A stretch of DNA of 64,000 nt, from positions 14,657 through 78,656 of the forward strand of contig CAYRFL010000002.1 of the NCBI GenBank assembly GCA_964423515.1, read 5' to 3'. The DNA is from an uncultured archaeon. GTDB lineage: Archaea > Thermoplasmatota > Penumbrarchaeia > JASLWR01. How positions within the stretch are numbered: position 1 is the first letter of the stretch; each line of letters starts with the position of its first letter. The notes beneath the pieces are model-generated. The model made no database searches and was not told the origin of the DNA. It saw nothing but the letters and a program-made list of their open reading frames with translations. This document shows positions 36,240 through 46,895 of this stretch, in pieces. The translations under genes and the position numbers were made by a program.

Positions 36240-36893
36240 TCAGGCGAAACCGATCTTCGGAAAGGGTTGGTATATCGCAGTACATATGTTCGACAGGTGG
36301 GCGTTGATGCGCCTGAGGAAATTGGCCAGGAGAGCAAATATTATAGCCTCCTGTCGGGTCACTTCCTTGTCCATGTCGATCTCCTGTAAAATCCGCAGAT
36401 GAAGTCTCTTCACCTTCTCATGGATCCTCACACCTTCCTTTGCTTCCTCCTCGTTCTCCAGGGAAAAGGCTTTTCTCGTTATGCCGAATAGAGTGATGAG
36501 CATTTCATACATCTCCTCAATCAGCTTGGTATAATTGGCGTTCGTGAGCCTTCCCTGCACAACCGATGGGAGCTGGGCGATGTTCTTCGAGTAGTCCCCT
36601 ATCCTTTCGTAGTCGATAACGATACTTGTCAGGGACAACACCGTGGAAAGGTTCGGATCGGATGACGAGGCAGTATAGTTGAAGAGATGCCTTCTGATCT
36701 CAATGATCTCCCTGTTGATGTCCTTGTCCTTTCTGATGACCGATACATCGCAGGAGATGCTGCTATCCATGACACATTGGAAGGAGCTTTCGAACATTTG
36801 TCGCGTGGAACCGTGTATCTCTTCTACCCGGGTGTAGGTTTTTTCCAGAAGGGACGTTCCCGACAATGCACTGAACAGGTTTGCGAATTTCAT
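36240..36893 (-). CDS. PhoU-domain protein
   Basis: DKDINR...DYERIGDYSKNIA, LRRINAHLSNI; lies downstream of an Na/Pi symporter. Confidence 0.85.
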   Translation of the reverse strand: MKFANLFSALSGTSLLEKTYTRVEEIHGSTRQMFESSFQCVMDSSISCDVSVIRKDKDINREIIEIRRHLFNYTASSSDPNLSTVLSLTSIVIDYERIGDYSKNIAQLPSVVQGRLTNANYTKLIEEMYEMLITLFGITRKAFSLENEEEAKEGVRIHEKVKRLHLRILQEIDMDKEVTRQEAIIFALLANFLRRINAHLSNICTAIYQPFPKIGFA

Positions 36894-36960
36894 CTCTTCA
36901 CCCCCGATGATATGATCAATGGTCTTTCTCCTTTATCAATCGTTTCCAATATAAATGAGC

Positions 36961-38100
36961 TCAGCCCGTAAATCGTGATATCACCACTGCTATGATCGGT
37001 ATCAAGAAGAAGAAAACCAATATGATCAATATTGAAAGGTATCTCCGCTCCATCACGATATCTCCGAGCCTCTTTGCCAGGGATATGGGTATCTTTCGCA
37101 GGGGATAGAACACTACCACTGCGCTGACGTTGAAGATCAGATGAGCAAAGGCCAGAGCCACCGCCTCGGTGGATCCCGTAACCATCGACGAGAGTATGGC
37201 TGTAATGGTGGTCCCGATATTCGCCCCCAGCGTGAATGGAAATAACTGTTCGATCGTGATCATCCCGCTGCCAACGAACGGGATAGCCATGGACGTCGTT
37301 ACTGAGCTGGATTGGATCGTGGCCGTGAAAACCAGACCAAAGATGAAACTTATTATTGCGGTTCGAAAGAAATATCTGTCGATGACCATCTGAACCTTTG
37401 TTTCCATCATGCTTTTGATGATCGAGGTCATCACCTTGAGCGCCACGAACATCAGGAGCAATGATATGATGGCCCAGATCCAGCTGGCATCGGTAATGGA
37501 GAAGGCCCGTTTGATGATGGGTTCAGTGATCACCTTGATCGGACTCAAGAATGTCATGCCTTCCGCGCTGGTACATCTATCGGCCATGAGGAGGGAAATC
37601 TTTTCAAGGTATCCTTTCCCAAACACGCTGCGGGTAATGATCTCCAGGGGGAGAAAAAGAGATGCGGCCATGATATTGAAAAGATCATGCACGGTGGCAC
37701 CGGAGAATGCCCTGCGGAATTCTCTTCTCCTTGACATATGCGCAAGGGAAACGAGAGTGGCGGTAACGGATGTACCAATGTTTGCACCGATTATTATGGG
37801 GATCGCCAGATGCAAGGGCAGTTTCCCGCTTCCCACGGCAATCACGGCAATGGACGTTGTCGACGAGGAGCTCTGGACGATGGAGGTGGCAAGTATGCCG
37901 ATAAAAAGACCGGCGATCGGATTGGACACGAGTTGTATCAATTGTTCCGATGTGCCGGACCCCATGTTCTTGAAAGCACTACCCATCATGCTGATGGCCA
38001 GGAAGAAGAGGTACAATGCTGCGAGGAGCGTAAGTATTTTCTTGATCCTTGAAAGAGGTCGATTTGGGTCTTCGTCCGGTTTCCGTCGAAGCCCCTTCAT
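36961..38100 (-). CDS. Na+/phosphate cotransporter (NptA family)
   Basis: Two QSSS motifs and two GANIGT motifs, GATVHDLFN; start 38100 or 38166. Confidence 0.92.
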   Translation of the reverse strand: MKGLRRKPDEDPNRPLSRIKKILTLLAALYLFFLAISMMGSAFKNMGSGTSEQLIQLVSNPIAGLFIGILATSIVQSSSSTTSIAVIAVGSGKLPLHLAIPIIIGANIGTSVTATLVSLAHMSRRREFRRAFSGATVHDLFNIMAASLFLPLEIITRSVFGKGYLEKISLLMADRCTSAEGMTFLSPIKVITEPIIKRAFSITDASWIWAIISLLLMFVALKVMTSIIKSMMETKVQMVIDRYFFRTAIISFIFGLVFTATIQSSSVTTSMAIPFVGSGMITIEQLFPFTLGANIGTTITAILSSMVTGSTEAVALAFAHLIFNVSAVVVFYPLRKIPISLAKRLGDIVMERRYLSILIILVFFFLIPIIAVVISRFTG

Positions 38101-38308
38101 CCGGTCGTTTATACCGCTGTACAGTACGATCAGGATCCCGGGAATATGTTTGAAATTTCGGGTCATTTCAGATACATGTTATGATGTACTGGCTTATATA
38201 CTTGCTCGAAGTACAATATAGACCCCTATTTTCCAGCATAATAAATATATAGATATATGAAAAATATGGATCGGACCGAATATAAATCCATGGGAAAGGA
38301 CGTGAAGT

Positions 38309-38662
38309 TCAGCCGTCGTAACACTTGTTACATCCTTTTCTGTGTATGAGAGAAGCATCCGCGGCCCCGCATTTCGGGCATACCCATGCACCTCCCGTGG
38401 ATCTCGTCTCCTCCTTCAGTTCACTCTCGTCGAACAGAATGGCGGGGGACACTATCTCCTCCACCGGTGGGAATAGATCCGAGTAGGAAGGACGGCGTTT
38501 AGGTGGAGTGTAGGTGGGATATCTCTTCACGGCGGACAGCGCCTCGGGGGGGAAGCGACGGAATCGGTTCTTTCGGAGATTGTTGATGAGAAGACCGACT
38601 ACCAGACCGAAAACGAACACGGCTATAATGAGCAGGATCTCCAGCACATCCAGGTTATCCAT
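38309..38662 (-). CDS. Small single-TM protein with C-terminal Zn ribbon
   Basis: N-terminal hydrophobic helix followed by a basic patch; WVCPKCG...CNKC. Confidence 0.7.
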   Translation of the reverse strand: MDNLDVLEILLIIAVFVFGLVVGLLINNLRKNRFRRFPPEALSAVKRYPTYTPPKRRPSYSDLFPPVEEIVSPAILFDESELKEETRSTGGAWVCPKCGAADASLIHRKGCNKCYDG

Positions 38663-38728
38663 GAGGATAAATCCAACAATAACCAGATATTTATATATTT
38701 CTCCCCGTATAGAATTCCTTCAATTATA

Positions 38729-39060
38729 AACTGATGTTTTGCGTTTTGGACATTTTGGAACGATGAGATGACCCATCAAATCCGATACAACCATTCGATA
38801 AACCATAGCGCGGGCTCGATAGCGGGGGAGGGGAAAAGGGGTGGTGTACGCGCACGCGAGCCCGCAACAGAAAAATGGAATGCACGACAATATGTGGGGG
38901 CCGGTTTCCCGGCCCCATGGGTCGGCTTGCCGACCCTTTGTTTTCATCTTCATTTTATAGGACTCTAGCGAGGGCGAGCGTTGACTGTCGTTCGCTCGCC
39001 CTCTACTCCCTTCTATATCATGGGTTGTATCGAATCGCTCGAAAACGCAAAACTTCAGTT
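38729..39060. mobile_element. MITE-like non-coding element, copy B, with 19-bp terminal inverted repeats
   Basis: AACTGATGTTTTGCGTTTT (38729-38747) vs AAAACGCAAAACTTCAGTT (39042-39060), 18/19 match; inner IR CGATACAACC/GGTTGTATCG; ATA on both flanks. Mobility is inferred. Confidence 0.6.
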
Positions 39061-39137
39061 ATATATATTACAACGAAAAGAAAAGAGGGATACCGGCCCC
39101 CCGATAAGGACCGGTATCGTTACCCGGCGACGCTCCC

Positions 39138-42100
39138 TCAATACCTGTTCTTGAAGTGATATATCGCATAGGCTATCGCGGAGCCCGCAAGCCCCACGAG
39201 GATGAACGCCAGCATCGCCCATGATCCGGATTCGCCACTGAGGGAGATGAACGATTCATCGCTCTCCACGTTCAGGTTCTTCTCCATGTACTTGTAGTTG
39301 TTGGTCTCATCGGTTTCCGCTATCACGTTCTCGGGATCCACCGCAACCTTGACCTTGTGATTCCCTTCGCTCACAGGCCATACGAAGGTGACGAGCTTCT
39401 TGTCTCCGACGACGATCCTCGGAAGCCTCCTTGTGTCAACCTCCCTCTCGTCCACGAACAGGGTGATGCTGACGTCCTCGGCCAGGAGTTCGCCCTTGTT
39501 TCCCACCGTGGCGGTGAAGGAGGCGATCTTTCCCACCGTCATTGACGTGGCGGAGATCTCGCCGAGAATGAGCAGGTCCGGCATGATTATCTCTATACTG
39601 AAGGTGAGCACATTGTCCGAAAGCTCCTTCTCCCCCTCGCTTTGGGCGAGGATGGAGAAGGTCACGTTCTCGCCGCTGTCCACATCCGGAACCTCGACGT
39701 TCACGGCGATATAGATGCAATGGCCAACGTCCAGCATGATGGCGAGTTCCTCGAAATCGTCCTCCCGGGGTATGTAAAGTGTGTCCCTGTCGAAATCCCT
39801 GGTATCGATCACACCTGTGAAATTGGCTGCTTTCATGGTGGAGAGGCTGTCCATCTTGTGGTTGAGCGAAAGGTACGGGAAGTACAGTTTCCAGTCCTCG
39901 TCGAGAAGGTCGCGCGATATGTTCAGGAAGCCCGTATCTATGGCATTCCCGAGGTTCTCCAGCTTGAATATGAAGTCCACCGTGCTTCTCGGAGATGCGT
40001 ACTTGCCCGCCTTTATGGTGGTCAACCGCATATCCGATATCTTCTCCACCCATATGTGGACGTAGAGTGTCTCACCATAGTTGAGCAGTTTCTCCCTGCC
40101 GGAGATATTTATGCCTATCTTGTAGGGATCCATCTCGGGCGTTTTCGGGTTTGCGTCAGCCATGGCGTTCTCCGGTACCATGACCTTCAGGTCCACCGAC
40201 ACCTCCTCGAAGGGGTTGAGATAATTGGATGTGGATGAGAACTCGAAGGACCATCCGAGGGGCAGGTCGTAGATTGCCAGGTCGGCGATGTCGTCCCCGT
40301 TACCCTCGTTCTTCACGGATATTGTGTAGTTGACATCCTTTCCGGGATAGCATTTGTGGGACTCGGGCGCCGCCTGGGCCGATATCTTTGCCACCAGATT
40401 TGCAATGGCCGTTACCGATATGGGCTGGGCTTCGTATTCCATTCCGAAATTGTCATATCCGGTCGCGCCGACCTCCACCACCTTCCGCGTTCCCGCGATG
40501 GCGTAGGTGGGGGCACCTATCTGGAACACCACCTTTATCCTCTCCCTGCTCTTTATGGCGAAGTTCTTCGTTGGGAATCCGGCGGACCAGTTATTTGCGA
40601 AGATCTGAAGGGAATCTATTAGCGTCCCGGTCCCGAAGAACGAGAAGGTCACATCCAGTGTTGAGTCGAAGTTGTTGATTATGAAAACCTCGAACTTCAC
40701 GGTGCTGCCCGGGTTCACGTGCTCGTTGTCCTCGGGGCAGGTCATGACCAGGGCAGGCAGACCGGTGACGGTGAGGGATAGCTGATCTATCCTCTTCAGC
40801 GTCCCGAGACCCAGCATGCCGAACATGGTGGATGTGGCGAGAATGGTGATGTCTACGACCTCTCCCTTGGACGCGGTTATAGGCGATTCGATCGTCACGT
40901 TGATGACAGCCGTGTCGGGTTTCAATCCCTCCTTGCCGAGCGACAGGTTCCAGCTCTCGCCTCCGTTGTCGAACAGGACCTTCCAGTTGGAGGGTGATAC
41001 AAGGCCCACGTCGTAGCTGTCGTTGACGTTTCCCTTGTTATGCAGCATTGCCTGGAACACCTTTCTCTCCCCCGGAGCGATGCTGCCTATCTTGTGGCCC
41101 GTGAACTCGTCCTTCTCCGCCAGGAACTCCAGGCCGAAGTCCACGTCGATATCCAGTATGGAAATTGTAGCGATCTTGGCCTGCGTAACGCCGTACTCGT
41201 TCTCGAGCTTGGCCTTGACGTTCACAACGCAGGGTTCGCTCATCTTTCCCAGAACGGGGGCGGTCACCGTCAGGGTCACGTTGTCCATCTCCATGAGACC
41301 CAGCTCCACCCACCAGAGCATACTGCCGTCGGGTCTCTGGATCCCGTCATCCGGCGTATTGGGCGTATCCAGCTCCGCCTTCCATCCCGGCAGCGGCTCA
41401 CTGATGGTAAGCTCCACCTTGTCCTTGCCCTCGGAGGGACGCGCCAGGGGATTCTCCACGAAGCCAAGCTCCGAGCCCACGGTTACATTGAAGGTCACCG
41501 AGTGTTCGGGCTCCACGAGCTTGACCATGGGCTCGTCCTCTCCCGTCTTGGGATCCTTCTTAGGATTGAGCGACACCTCGTTCGGTTTGCTAATGCCGAG
41601 GTTGAGCGTGTTGATGGCCATGGCAGTACCCCAGCACGTGCCGTAGCTCCCGCTCCAGCTCCCGTCATCCCTCTGGGAGTCCAGAAGACCGGTCTGAACC
41701 CCCTCGTTCCAGTCCCTCCATTCCTCTCCCCCGTGAAGGTACATCGCTATGGTCGCGTGATAGGTGTAATAATGTCTCGATATCTGGTATGTCGGCCCCC
41801 AGTTCAGGAGGGAATTCGTCCCACCGCGGGTGGATGCCTTGTCGGGTTTGCCCAGGAGATACATACAGTAGGTTCCCACCGCAGTGTTGGTATTGGACGT
41901 GTATGCCCCGCTGTACCCGAATCCGCTTCCGCTGGAACAGTGATCGAGCCATTTCTCGGCATACTCGAAAGCGTAATCGGGAACGTCGTAGATGCCCGAG
42001 GATTCCGCAAGGACGATGGCGTGAATGTTCCATCCGGAAAGGGAGGTGTCCGATGAGGTCGTGTGTGGTTCGTACCTCCATCCTCCCTGGCTCCTGGGTC

Positions 42101-42713
42101 CGCCCAGCGTGGATGGCTTCTGCGGAGTGTTCTGTGCCCGTATGATCATCTCCACGGAAGCGTTGATGTAGGGTAGAAGGGCGATATCCTGGGTGTGGAA
42201 GAAGTAATCGATGAGTGATGCGGTAGCGGCACCGTGGGAGTACATCGAGCCGTGAGTATATGGTGGAGCGAACCTATCGTTATTGAGCATCCCGCCATTC
42301 CTGTCCCTGTCCGAGCCCGGAGAATAATCCGCGGGATCGTGCCATACATATCTCATGAACCTGACTACACCCTCGATGGCTGTCTGCCAGCGAGGATCGG
42401 TGGCGTTGTAGTCCACGAAGGCCCTCAGACAGTTGCCCGCCGTGTTGCAGTTCTTGCCGTACCTGTCATCGGCCCAGCCGCCGTCAGGGGCCTGGGACTC
42501 GTTAAGGAATTCGAGGCCCTTCTCGATGGCGGCCTTAACGTCGTCTACGGTATACTTGGCACGAGTGCTCTTCCTTTCGGCTTCCGTCTTGACGGACATC
42601 CTCGTAAAGCTCTCGCTCTCGAATATGCCGGTTCCGGCCATCAGACCCGAGCCCACGAATAAAAATATCAGCGAAACTATCAAAATTCTTTGAAATGCGG
42701 TTTTCTGTATCAT
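39138..42713 (-). CDS. Surface protein: prenyltransferase/squalene-oxidase-repeat (alpha-alpha toroid) head, NEW3-like Ig stalk, CARDB, TM
   Basis: QW-like motifs (SQAPDGGW, SQRDDGSW, GGWRY); repeated NxGNxxD Ig motifs; VDPENVIAETDETNN CARDB motif. Confidence 0.82.
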   Translation of the reverse strand: MIQKTAFQRILIVSLIFLFVGSGLMAGTGIFESESFTRMSVKTEAERKSTRAKYTVDDVKAAIEKGLEFLNESQAPDGGWADDRYGKNCNTAGNCLRAFVDYNATDPRWQTAIEGVVRFMRYVWHDPADYSPGSDRDRNGGMLNNDRFAPPYTHGSMYSHGAATASLIDYFFHTQDIALLPYINASVEMIIRAQNTPQKPSTLGGPRSQGGWRYEPHTTSSDTSLSGWNIHAIVLAESSGIYDVPDYAFEYAEKWLDHCSSGSGFGYSGAYTSNTNTAVGTYCMYLLGKPDKASTRGGTNSLLNWGPTYQISRHYYTYHATIAMYLHGGEEWRDWNEGVQTGLLDSQRDDGSWSGSYGTCWGTAMAINTLNLGISKPNEVSLNPKKDPKTGEDEPMVKLVEPEHSVTFNVTVGSELGFVENPLARPSEGKDKVELTISEPLPGWKAELDTPNTPDDGIQRPDGSMLWWVELGLMEMDNVTLTVTAPVLGKMSEPCVVNVKAKLENEYGVTQAKIATISILDIDVDFGLEFLAEKDEFTGHKIGSIAPGERKVFQAMLHNKGNVNDSYDVGLVSPSNWKVLFDNGGESWNLSLGKEGLKPDTAVINVTIESPITASKGEVVDITILATSTMFGMLGLGTLKRIDQLSLTVTGLPALVMTCPEDNEHVNPGSTVKFEVFIINNFDSTLDVTFSFFGTGTLIDSLQIFANNWSAGFPTKNFAIKSRERIKVVFQIGAPTYAIAGTRKVVEVGATGYDNFGMEYEAQPISVTAIANLVAKISAQAAPESHKCYPGKDVNYTISVKNEGNGDDIADLAIYDLPLGWSFEFSSTSNYLNPFEEVSVDLKVMVPENAMADANPKTPEMDPYKIGINISGREKLLNYGETLYVHIWVEKISDMRLTTIKAGKYASPRSTVDFIFKLENLGNAIDTGFLNISRDLLDEDWKLYFPYLSLNHKMDSLSTMKAANFTGVIDTRDFDRDTLYIPREDDFEELAIMLDVGHCIYIAVNVEVPDVDSGENVTFSILAQSEGEKELSDNVLTFSIEIIMPDLLILGEISATSMTVGKIASFTATVGNKGELLAEDVSITLFVDEREVDTRRLPRIVVGDKKLVTFVWPVSEGNHKVKVAVDPENVIAETDETNNYKYMEKNLNVESDESFISLSGESGSWAMLAFILVGLAGSAIAYAIYHFKNRY

Positions 42714-42899
42714 ATAACAACACCCTTCCTGTCAATTACTTCTCCTTGCTGGTGAGTATAACGGCAATATTAACATATTATTGATATAAATAAATATTGA
42801 TACATATCTTGAATCGAATATGAAGTTTTTATGTTCGATCGAAAAGATCCTGAACGCGGTCCGGAAATCCGCCACATCACTGTCGAAAAGGAATCCTCC

Positions 42900-44225
42900 T
42901 CATGGTCGAAGGATCTCTGTCCTTTCATGGAACCGTATATCGAGTGTCTGAAGCTTGTCGAGTATGGGCTCGTAGATATCCGGCACGATGGGAATGTGTA
43001 CTCCCCTGGCCGATATTCTTTCTCCCAGGATCATGTCCGCGGCGATGGCGGCCGGAAGCGCAACCGTACGGGAAATGGCAGTGTCCGCTCCGGGTACGCC
43101 ATGGTCGACCAGAGTCGATGTGATGTATTCGTGCTTGCCGCCGGGGAACGCCGCCCGGAACTCATGGAACAGAACGCAGATGTCCACGTCGCCCTCATCC
43201 ATGGCCATCTTCCTCTGCATGGCAGTTGCGAGCACGTCAAGGTACGTATCGTCCGATTCCGGTATCGCATCGTCGGAGGCAAGACCCAGCCAGCATAATC
43301 GTTTTATCAACGTGCTATGCGGCTCCACGTTCAGATGTTTCGCCAGGGCCTCCGCCATATCTTCCTCGTCACCAATGAGTCTCCGGATCAGCTGCCCGTA
43401 GGTCATCCCCCCGATATCCGCACGCTTCGTCTCGTCCAGGAATCCGAGCTCCGCGATCTTCCGGAGCGTTTCGCACCACCCGGGATACCTCAGGGTTCCC
43501 CTGTAAACGGTAAGTGCCCTTTCGATCCCGTATAGCTCCGCGTATGGTATGGAATCCCGGTTCGGGTAGTTCTCGAAAACTCCGACACCGGGTATGGTCT
43601 TGAACTCGTAATTCTCGAATAGCTCCGGCCCGGGGATCACTATCTCTTTCCCGTCCTTGCGGTATTTCGCCGGATTCTTCCCTGCGAGGACCACCCCTCT
43701 GGGCGCCCATGAGAACTTGTAACCGAAGGGATTGTTGTTCGATACATGGGCCGGAAGCGCCCCGCAGCAGGAACTGAAACTGGTTATCTCTCCTCCCCGC
43801 TCCTGGACATCGTGAATGATGCGCATGGCCGACATGTGGTCTATGCCCGGGTCCAATCCGCATTCGTTCAGAATGATGATGCCCTCGTCGACCGCTCGAT
43901 CATGAAGCTGTCTCATTGCCTCGCTCACATAGGATGTGGTCACCATGTTCTTTCCGTGTTTCAGGCAGAGTTTTGCGACCTTCACGTGGTAAACGTACGG
44001 GAGAAGGCTTATAACGAGATCGGAGTGCATGACGAGTTCATCGAGCCTGGTATCCTCTTTCACGTTCAGCTTCAGTGCACGCCCCCGGGCATGCCCGTCG
44101 ATCAGTCTCTCGGCCTTCGCAACCGTTCTGCTTGCCACGACAACGTCGTAGGTCCCTCGCTCCAACAGATACCGGACGAGGGGGCTCGATACCAATCCTG
44201 CACCCAGCACAAGTATTGATTTCAT
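42900..44225 (-). CDS. Saccharopine dehydrogenase (Glu-forming, SDH/Lys9-like)
   Basis: LVLGAGLVS, ISLLPY, ECGLDPGIDHM, GYKFSWAPRG, YPNRDS, RGTLRYPG. Confidence 0.93.
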   Translation of the reverse strand: MKSILVLGAGLVSSPLVRYLLERGTYDVVVASRTVAKAERLIDGHARGRALKLNVKEDTRLDELVMHSDLVISLLPYVYHVKVAKLCLKHGKNMVTTSYVSEAMRQLHDRAVDEGIIILNECGLDPGIDHMSAMRIIHDVQERGGEITSFSSCCGALPAHVSNNNPFGYKFSWAPRGVVLAGKNPAKYRKDGKEIVIPGPELFENYEFKTIPGVGVFENYPNRDSIPYAELYGIERALTVYRGTLRYPGWCETLRKIAELGFLDETKRADIGGMTYGQLIRRLIGDEEDMAEALAKHLNVEPHSTLIKRLCWLGLASDDAIPESDDTYLDVLATAMQRKMAMDEGDVDICVLFHEFRAAFPGGKHEYITSTLVDHGVPGADTAISRTVALPAAIAADMILGERISARGVHIPIVPDIYEPILDKLQTLDIRFHERTEILRP

Positions 44226-44248
44226 CTTTTTTCACCTCGCAAGCGTTT

Positions 44249-45577
44249 TCAGTTTGGACCTCCCGCGGTCCCGTCAATGAATTTTGACATATATCCAAAG
44301 GTAGGGGTGAACTCACCCCGATACAGAATGATGGCTTTCTTGATCTCATCCGGAAGACCTATCTCTTCGAAAGAACCCTGAAAATCCGCCCGGACAATAT
44401 CTGGCAAATAGCTCTTCAGAACACCGGAGAAATACATTGACGATTCCCACGGGAACTCTGCGGGCAGATTATCCACGGCAAGGATAACAGGGCCTCTACC
44501 CTTCCATCCGTCCACGGCCTTCATGGTCTCGACGTCGAAAACGTAAACCGGATTGTCCGGTTGAGTGCATTTCAGGGTGCACTCTACTCCTCCTTCGATA
44601 TCACAGCTGATATCTCCTATCACCTTCAATCTCGTTTTCATATCGTCCGAGTACAGACGTTTTACGTAATCCTTTGTGAGGAGGCGTGGGTATCTGTCGT
44701 CCCAGTAGTTGCAGTTCATCAGCACCGTTAGATGAGGTACGTATCTTTCGAAAACCGGGCGAAATCGTTCGGGATGCTTGTAGTATTCGCCAAGATCGAA
44801 TGCCTTTTCCGTTCCGGCCGGCTCGACAATGTGCTCCTCCTTGAATATGACCTTGTAGAGGCCAGCACCTTCATTGCCTTCCTCGATTTCATCCAGCTGG
44901 CCCGGCTCGATCTCCCGCGGTTCCAGTATGTCAAGGATGACCTGTGCCCCCTTCGATACGTTTCCGTATCCCGCAAAGCCGAATATCATGGGCCGAAGTT
45001 CTCGAGGTAGAGGGTTCCTTTCAAGTTCATGCATAAGCTCCCGAACTGCCTCCTTGGCCCTTCCGAGAGAGAGGTATTCATATGCCTGTTTCATCATGGA
45101 GAACGGGGTCCGGAATCCCTCGTATTCAAGTCTCCTTCCCAATGTCCACAGCGCATCCATCATCCCGGCCCTTCCCGCATAATGACCGAAGAAGATGAGG
45201 CGCCGCCCCATCTCATCCTTGACGAGTTCATAATCTATCAATGTGCATTTCATATCGACGAGGCGCCTGAGCAGGTCCATGTTGTAAGGCTGGCCCTTTA
45301 TTGTATGGGAGAAGAACATATAGATCCCCCCCGGCCGCAAGAAATCCTCCGGGAATTCCTTCACTCCAAATACGATGTCGCACGAGGATAGATCCTCTGC
45401 GACCTGCGCCCCGATGCGTGTGAACTCCTCATCCGCATGCGCCCTGTTCGTGGCGGTCTGGATGGTGAAATCTATGCCATGATCCCTTATCAGTTCCTCG
45501 ATGTCCAGCGGCACCAGTGGGCTTCTTCGCTCCCATCTGCTCTTGTGCTCCCGGCGGATCCCTATACTGTTAGTCAT
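44249..45577 (-). CDS. Lysine-ketoglutarate reductase (LKR domain of AASS)
   Basis: IRRE...WERRSPLVP, GVKE, FFSHTIKGQPYN, LIDYE, DISCD, VDNLPAE. Confidence 0.9.
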   Translation of the reverse strand: MTNSIGIRREHKSRWERRSPLVPLDIEELIRDHGIDFTIQTATNRAHADEEFTRIGAQVAEDLSSCDIVFGVKEFPEDFLRPGGIYMFFSHTIKGQPYNMDLLRRLVDMKCTLIDYELVKDEMGRRLIFFGHYAGRAGMMDALWTLGRRLEYEGFRTPFSMMKQAYEYLSLGRAKEAVRELMHELERNPLPRELRPMIFGFAGYGNVSKGAQVILDILEPREIEPGQLDEIEEGNEGAGLYKVIFKEEHIVEPAGTEKAFDLGEYYKHPERFRPVFERYVPHLTVLMNCNYWDDRYPRLLTKDYVKRLYSDDMKTRLKVIGDISCDIEGGVECTLKCTQPDNPVYVFDVETMKAVDGWKGRGPVILAVDNLPAEFPWESSMYFSGVLKSYLPDIVRADFQGSFEEIGLPDEIKKAIILYRGEFTPTFGYMSKFIDGTAGGPN

Positions 45578-45888
45578 GCATTTGCACCCTTGATTATCAG
45601 ATGACTCTACCGAAGCATCTCCTCCGGTCTGAACATCGAATATAAATAAATCCTTTCGGGGATATTATTGAATTGGATGAAATAATCGTATAGAAGGCCA
45701 GAATCCCCCTGGAATATACACATCTGGATACACTTGGACATGGTGATGGTCACTTGATAAAAAAGTCCCAAATTGTTTAGGCAAATGAAGTATTCCAAAA
45801 CGTTTATTATGGACGATATTATTAGTCTCCACGCGCTGTAGTATACGTTCTTTCCAGTTCGATCGGGAGAAGGGAATGAGGCATTTCA

Positions 45889-46854
45889 ATGAGTGAAAAA
45901 GCGATGAAACGGATACTGGTCACCGGATCGGTGGGCCAGATCGGGTCCGAACTGACGATGGCCCTGCGGGAGAAGTACGGCAATGATAACGTCGTGGCAA
46001 TGGGTCGAAAGACCAGACCCTCGGCCGACCTCATGGAGAGCGGCCCCTTCGTATGGGGAGACGTTACCGATATGGGATCGCTGGAGAGGATCGTGGACGA
46101 ATACGACATAGATACCATCTATCATATGGCTGCCATACTTTCAGCCGTGGGAGAGAGGAATCCCCAACTTGCCTATCACGTGAACATGAACGGGCTGTAC
46201 AGCGTACTGGAAGTAAGTCTCAAGAAGGAACTGACCAGATTATTCTGTCCGAGCTCCATTGCAGCCTTCGGTCCCGAGACACCCCGGGAGAGCACACCGC
46301 AGGAGACCGTTCTTCGTCCGAAGACCATGTACGGCGTGACCAAGGTGGCGGGAGAACTGCTCTGCGATTACTATTTTCACCGGTTCGGGCTCGACGTGAG
46401 AGGTGTGAGATATCCCGGTATAATCAGCTACAAGACACTTCCGGGAGGCGGGACCACGGACTACGCCGTGGCCATCTACTATGAGGCGATCCAGCACGGG
46501 AGGTACACCTGCTTCGTAAGGCCGGATACCGCTCTACCGATGATGTACATGCCCGACTGCATCAAGGCCACCATGGATCTGATGGAGGCCCCCCTGGAGA
46601 ACCTGGTGCATCATTCGGATTTCAATCTTGGGGCCATGAGCTTCTCCGCACTGGAACTTGCCGATTCCATCAGGGAACACATGCCGGATTTCGAATGTGA
46701 CTTCGAACCGGATTACCGGCAGAAGATAGCCGATTCATGGCCAATGGCGGTGGACGATTCAGCAGCCAGGGAGGAATGGGGATGGGAGCCCGAGTACGAT
46801 CTGGCGGCCATGACCGCGGACATGCTCGAGAAGCTCGGGGAGAAGCTGCGATAG
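45889..46854 (+). CDS. tdh: L-threonine 3-dehydrogenase (SDR/epimerase type)
   Basis: GSVGQIG, LSAVGE, PSSIAAFG, YGVTK, PGGGTTDYAV, LPMMYMPD, RQKIADSWP; upstream of kbl. Confidence 0.9.
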   Translation: MSEKAMKRILVTGSVGQIGSELTMALREKYGNDNVVAMGRKTRPSADLMESGPFVWGDVTDMGSLERIVDEYDIDTIYHMAAILSAVGERNPQLAYHVNMNGLYSVLEVSLKKELTRLFCPSSIAAFGPETPRESTPQETVLRPKTMYGVTKVAGELLCDYYFHRFGLDVRGVRYPGIISYKTLPGGGTTDYAVAIYYEAIQHGRYTCFVRPDTALPMMYMPDCIKATMDLMEAPLENLVHHSDFNLGAMSFSALELADSIREHMPDFECDFEPDYRQKIADSWPMAVDDSAAREEWGWEPEYDLAAMTADMLEKLGEKLR

Positions 46855-46895
46855 TTACGGAGAAAATAACGATCAGGAAACAGCAAGGAGTGATA

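Noticed and set aside
41590-42560. Active squalene-hopene cyclase
   Set aside because: Single extracellular toroid with no DxDD motif (SSDTS at the equivalent position).
44225-44249. Frameshifted or read-through LKR-SDH fusion
   Set aside because: SDH has its own RBS and ATG, and both ORFs appear complete.
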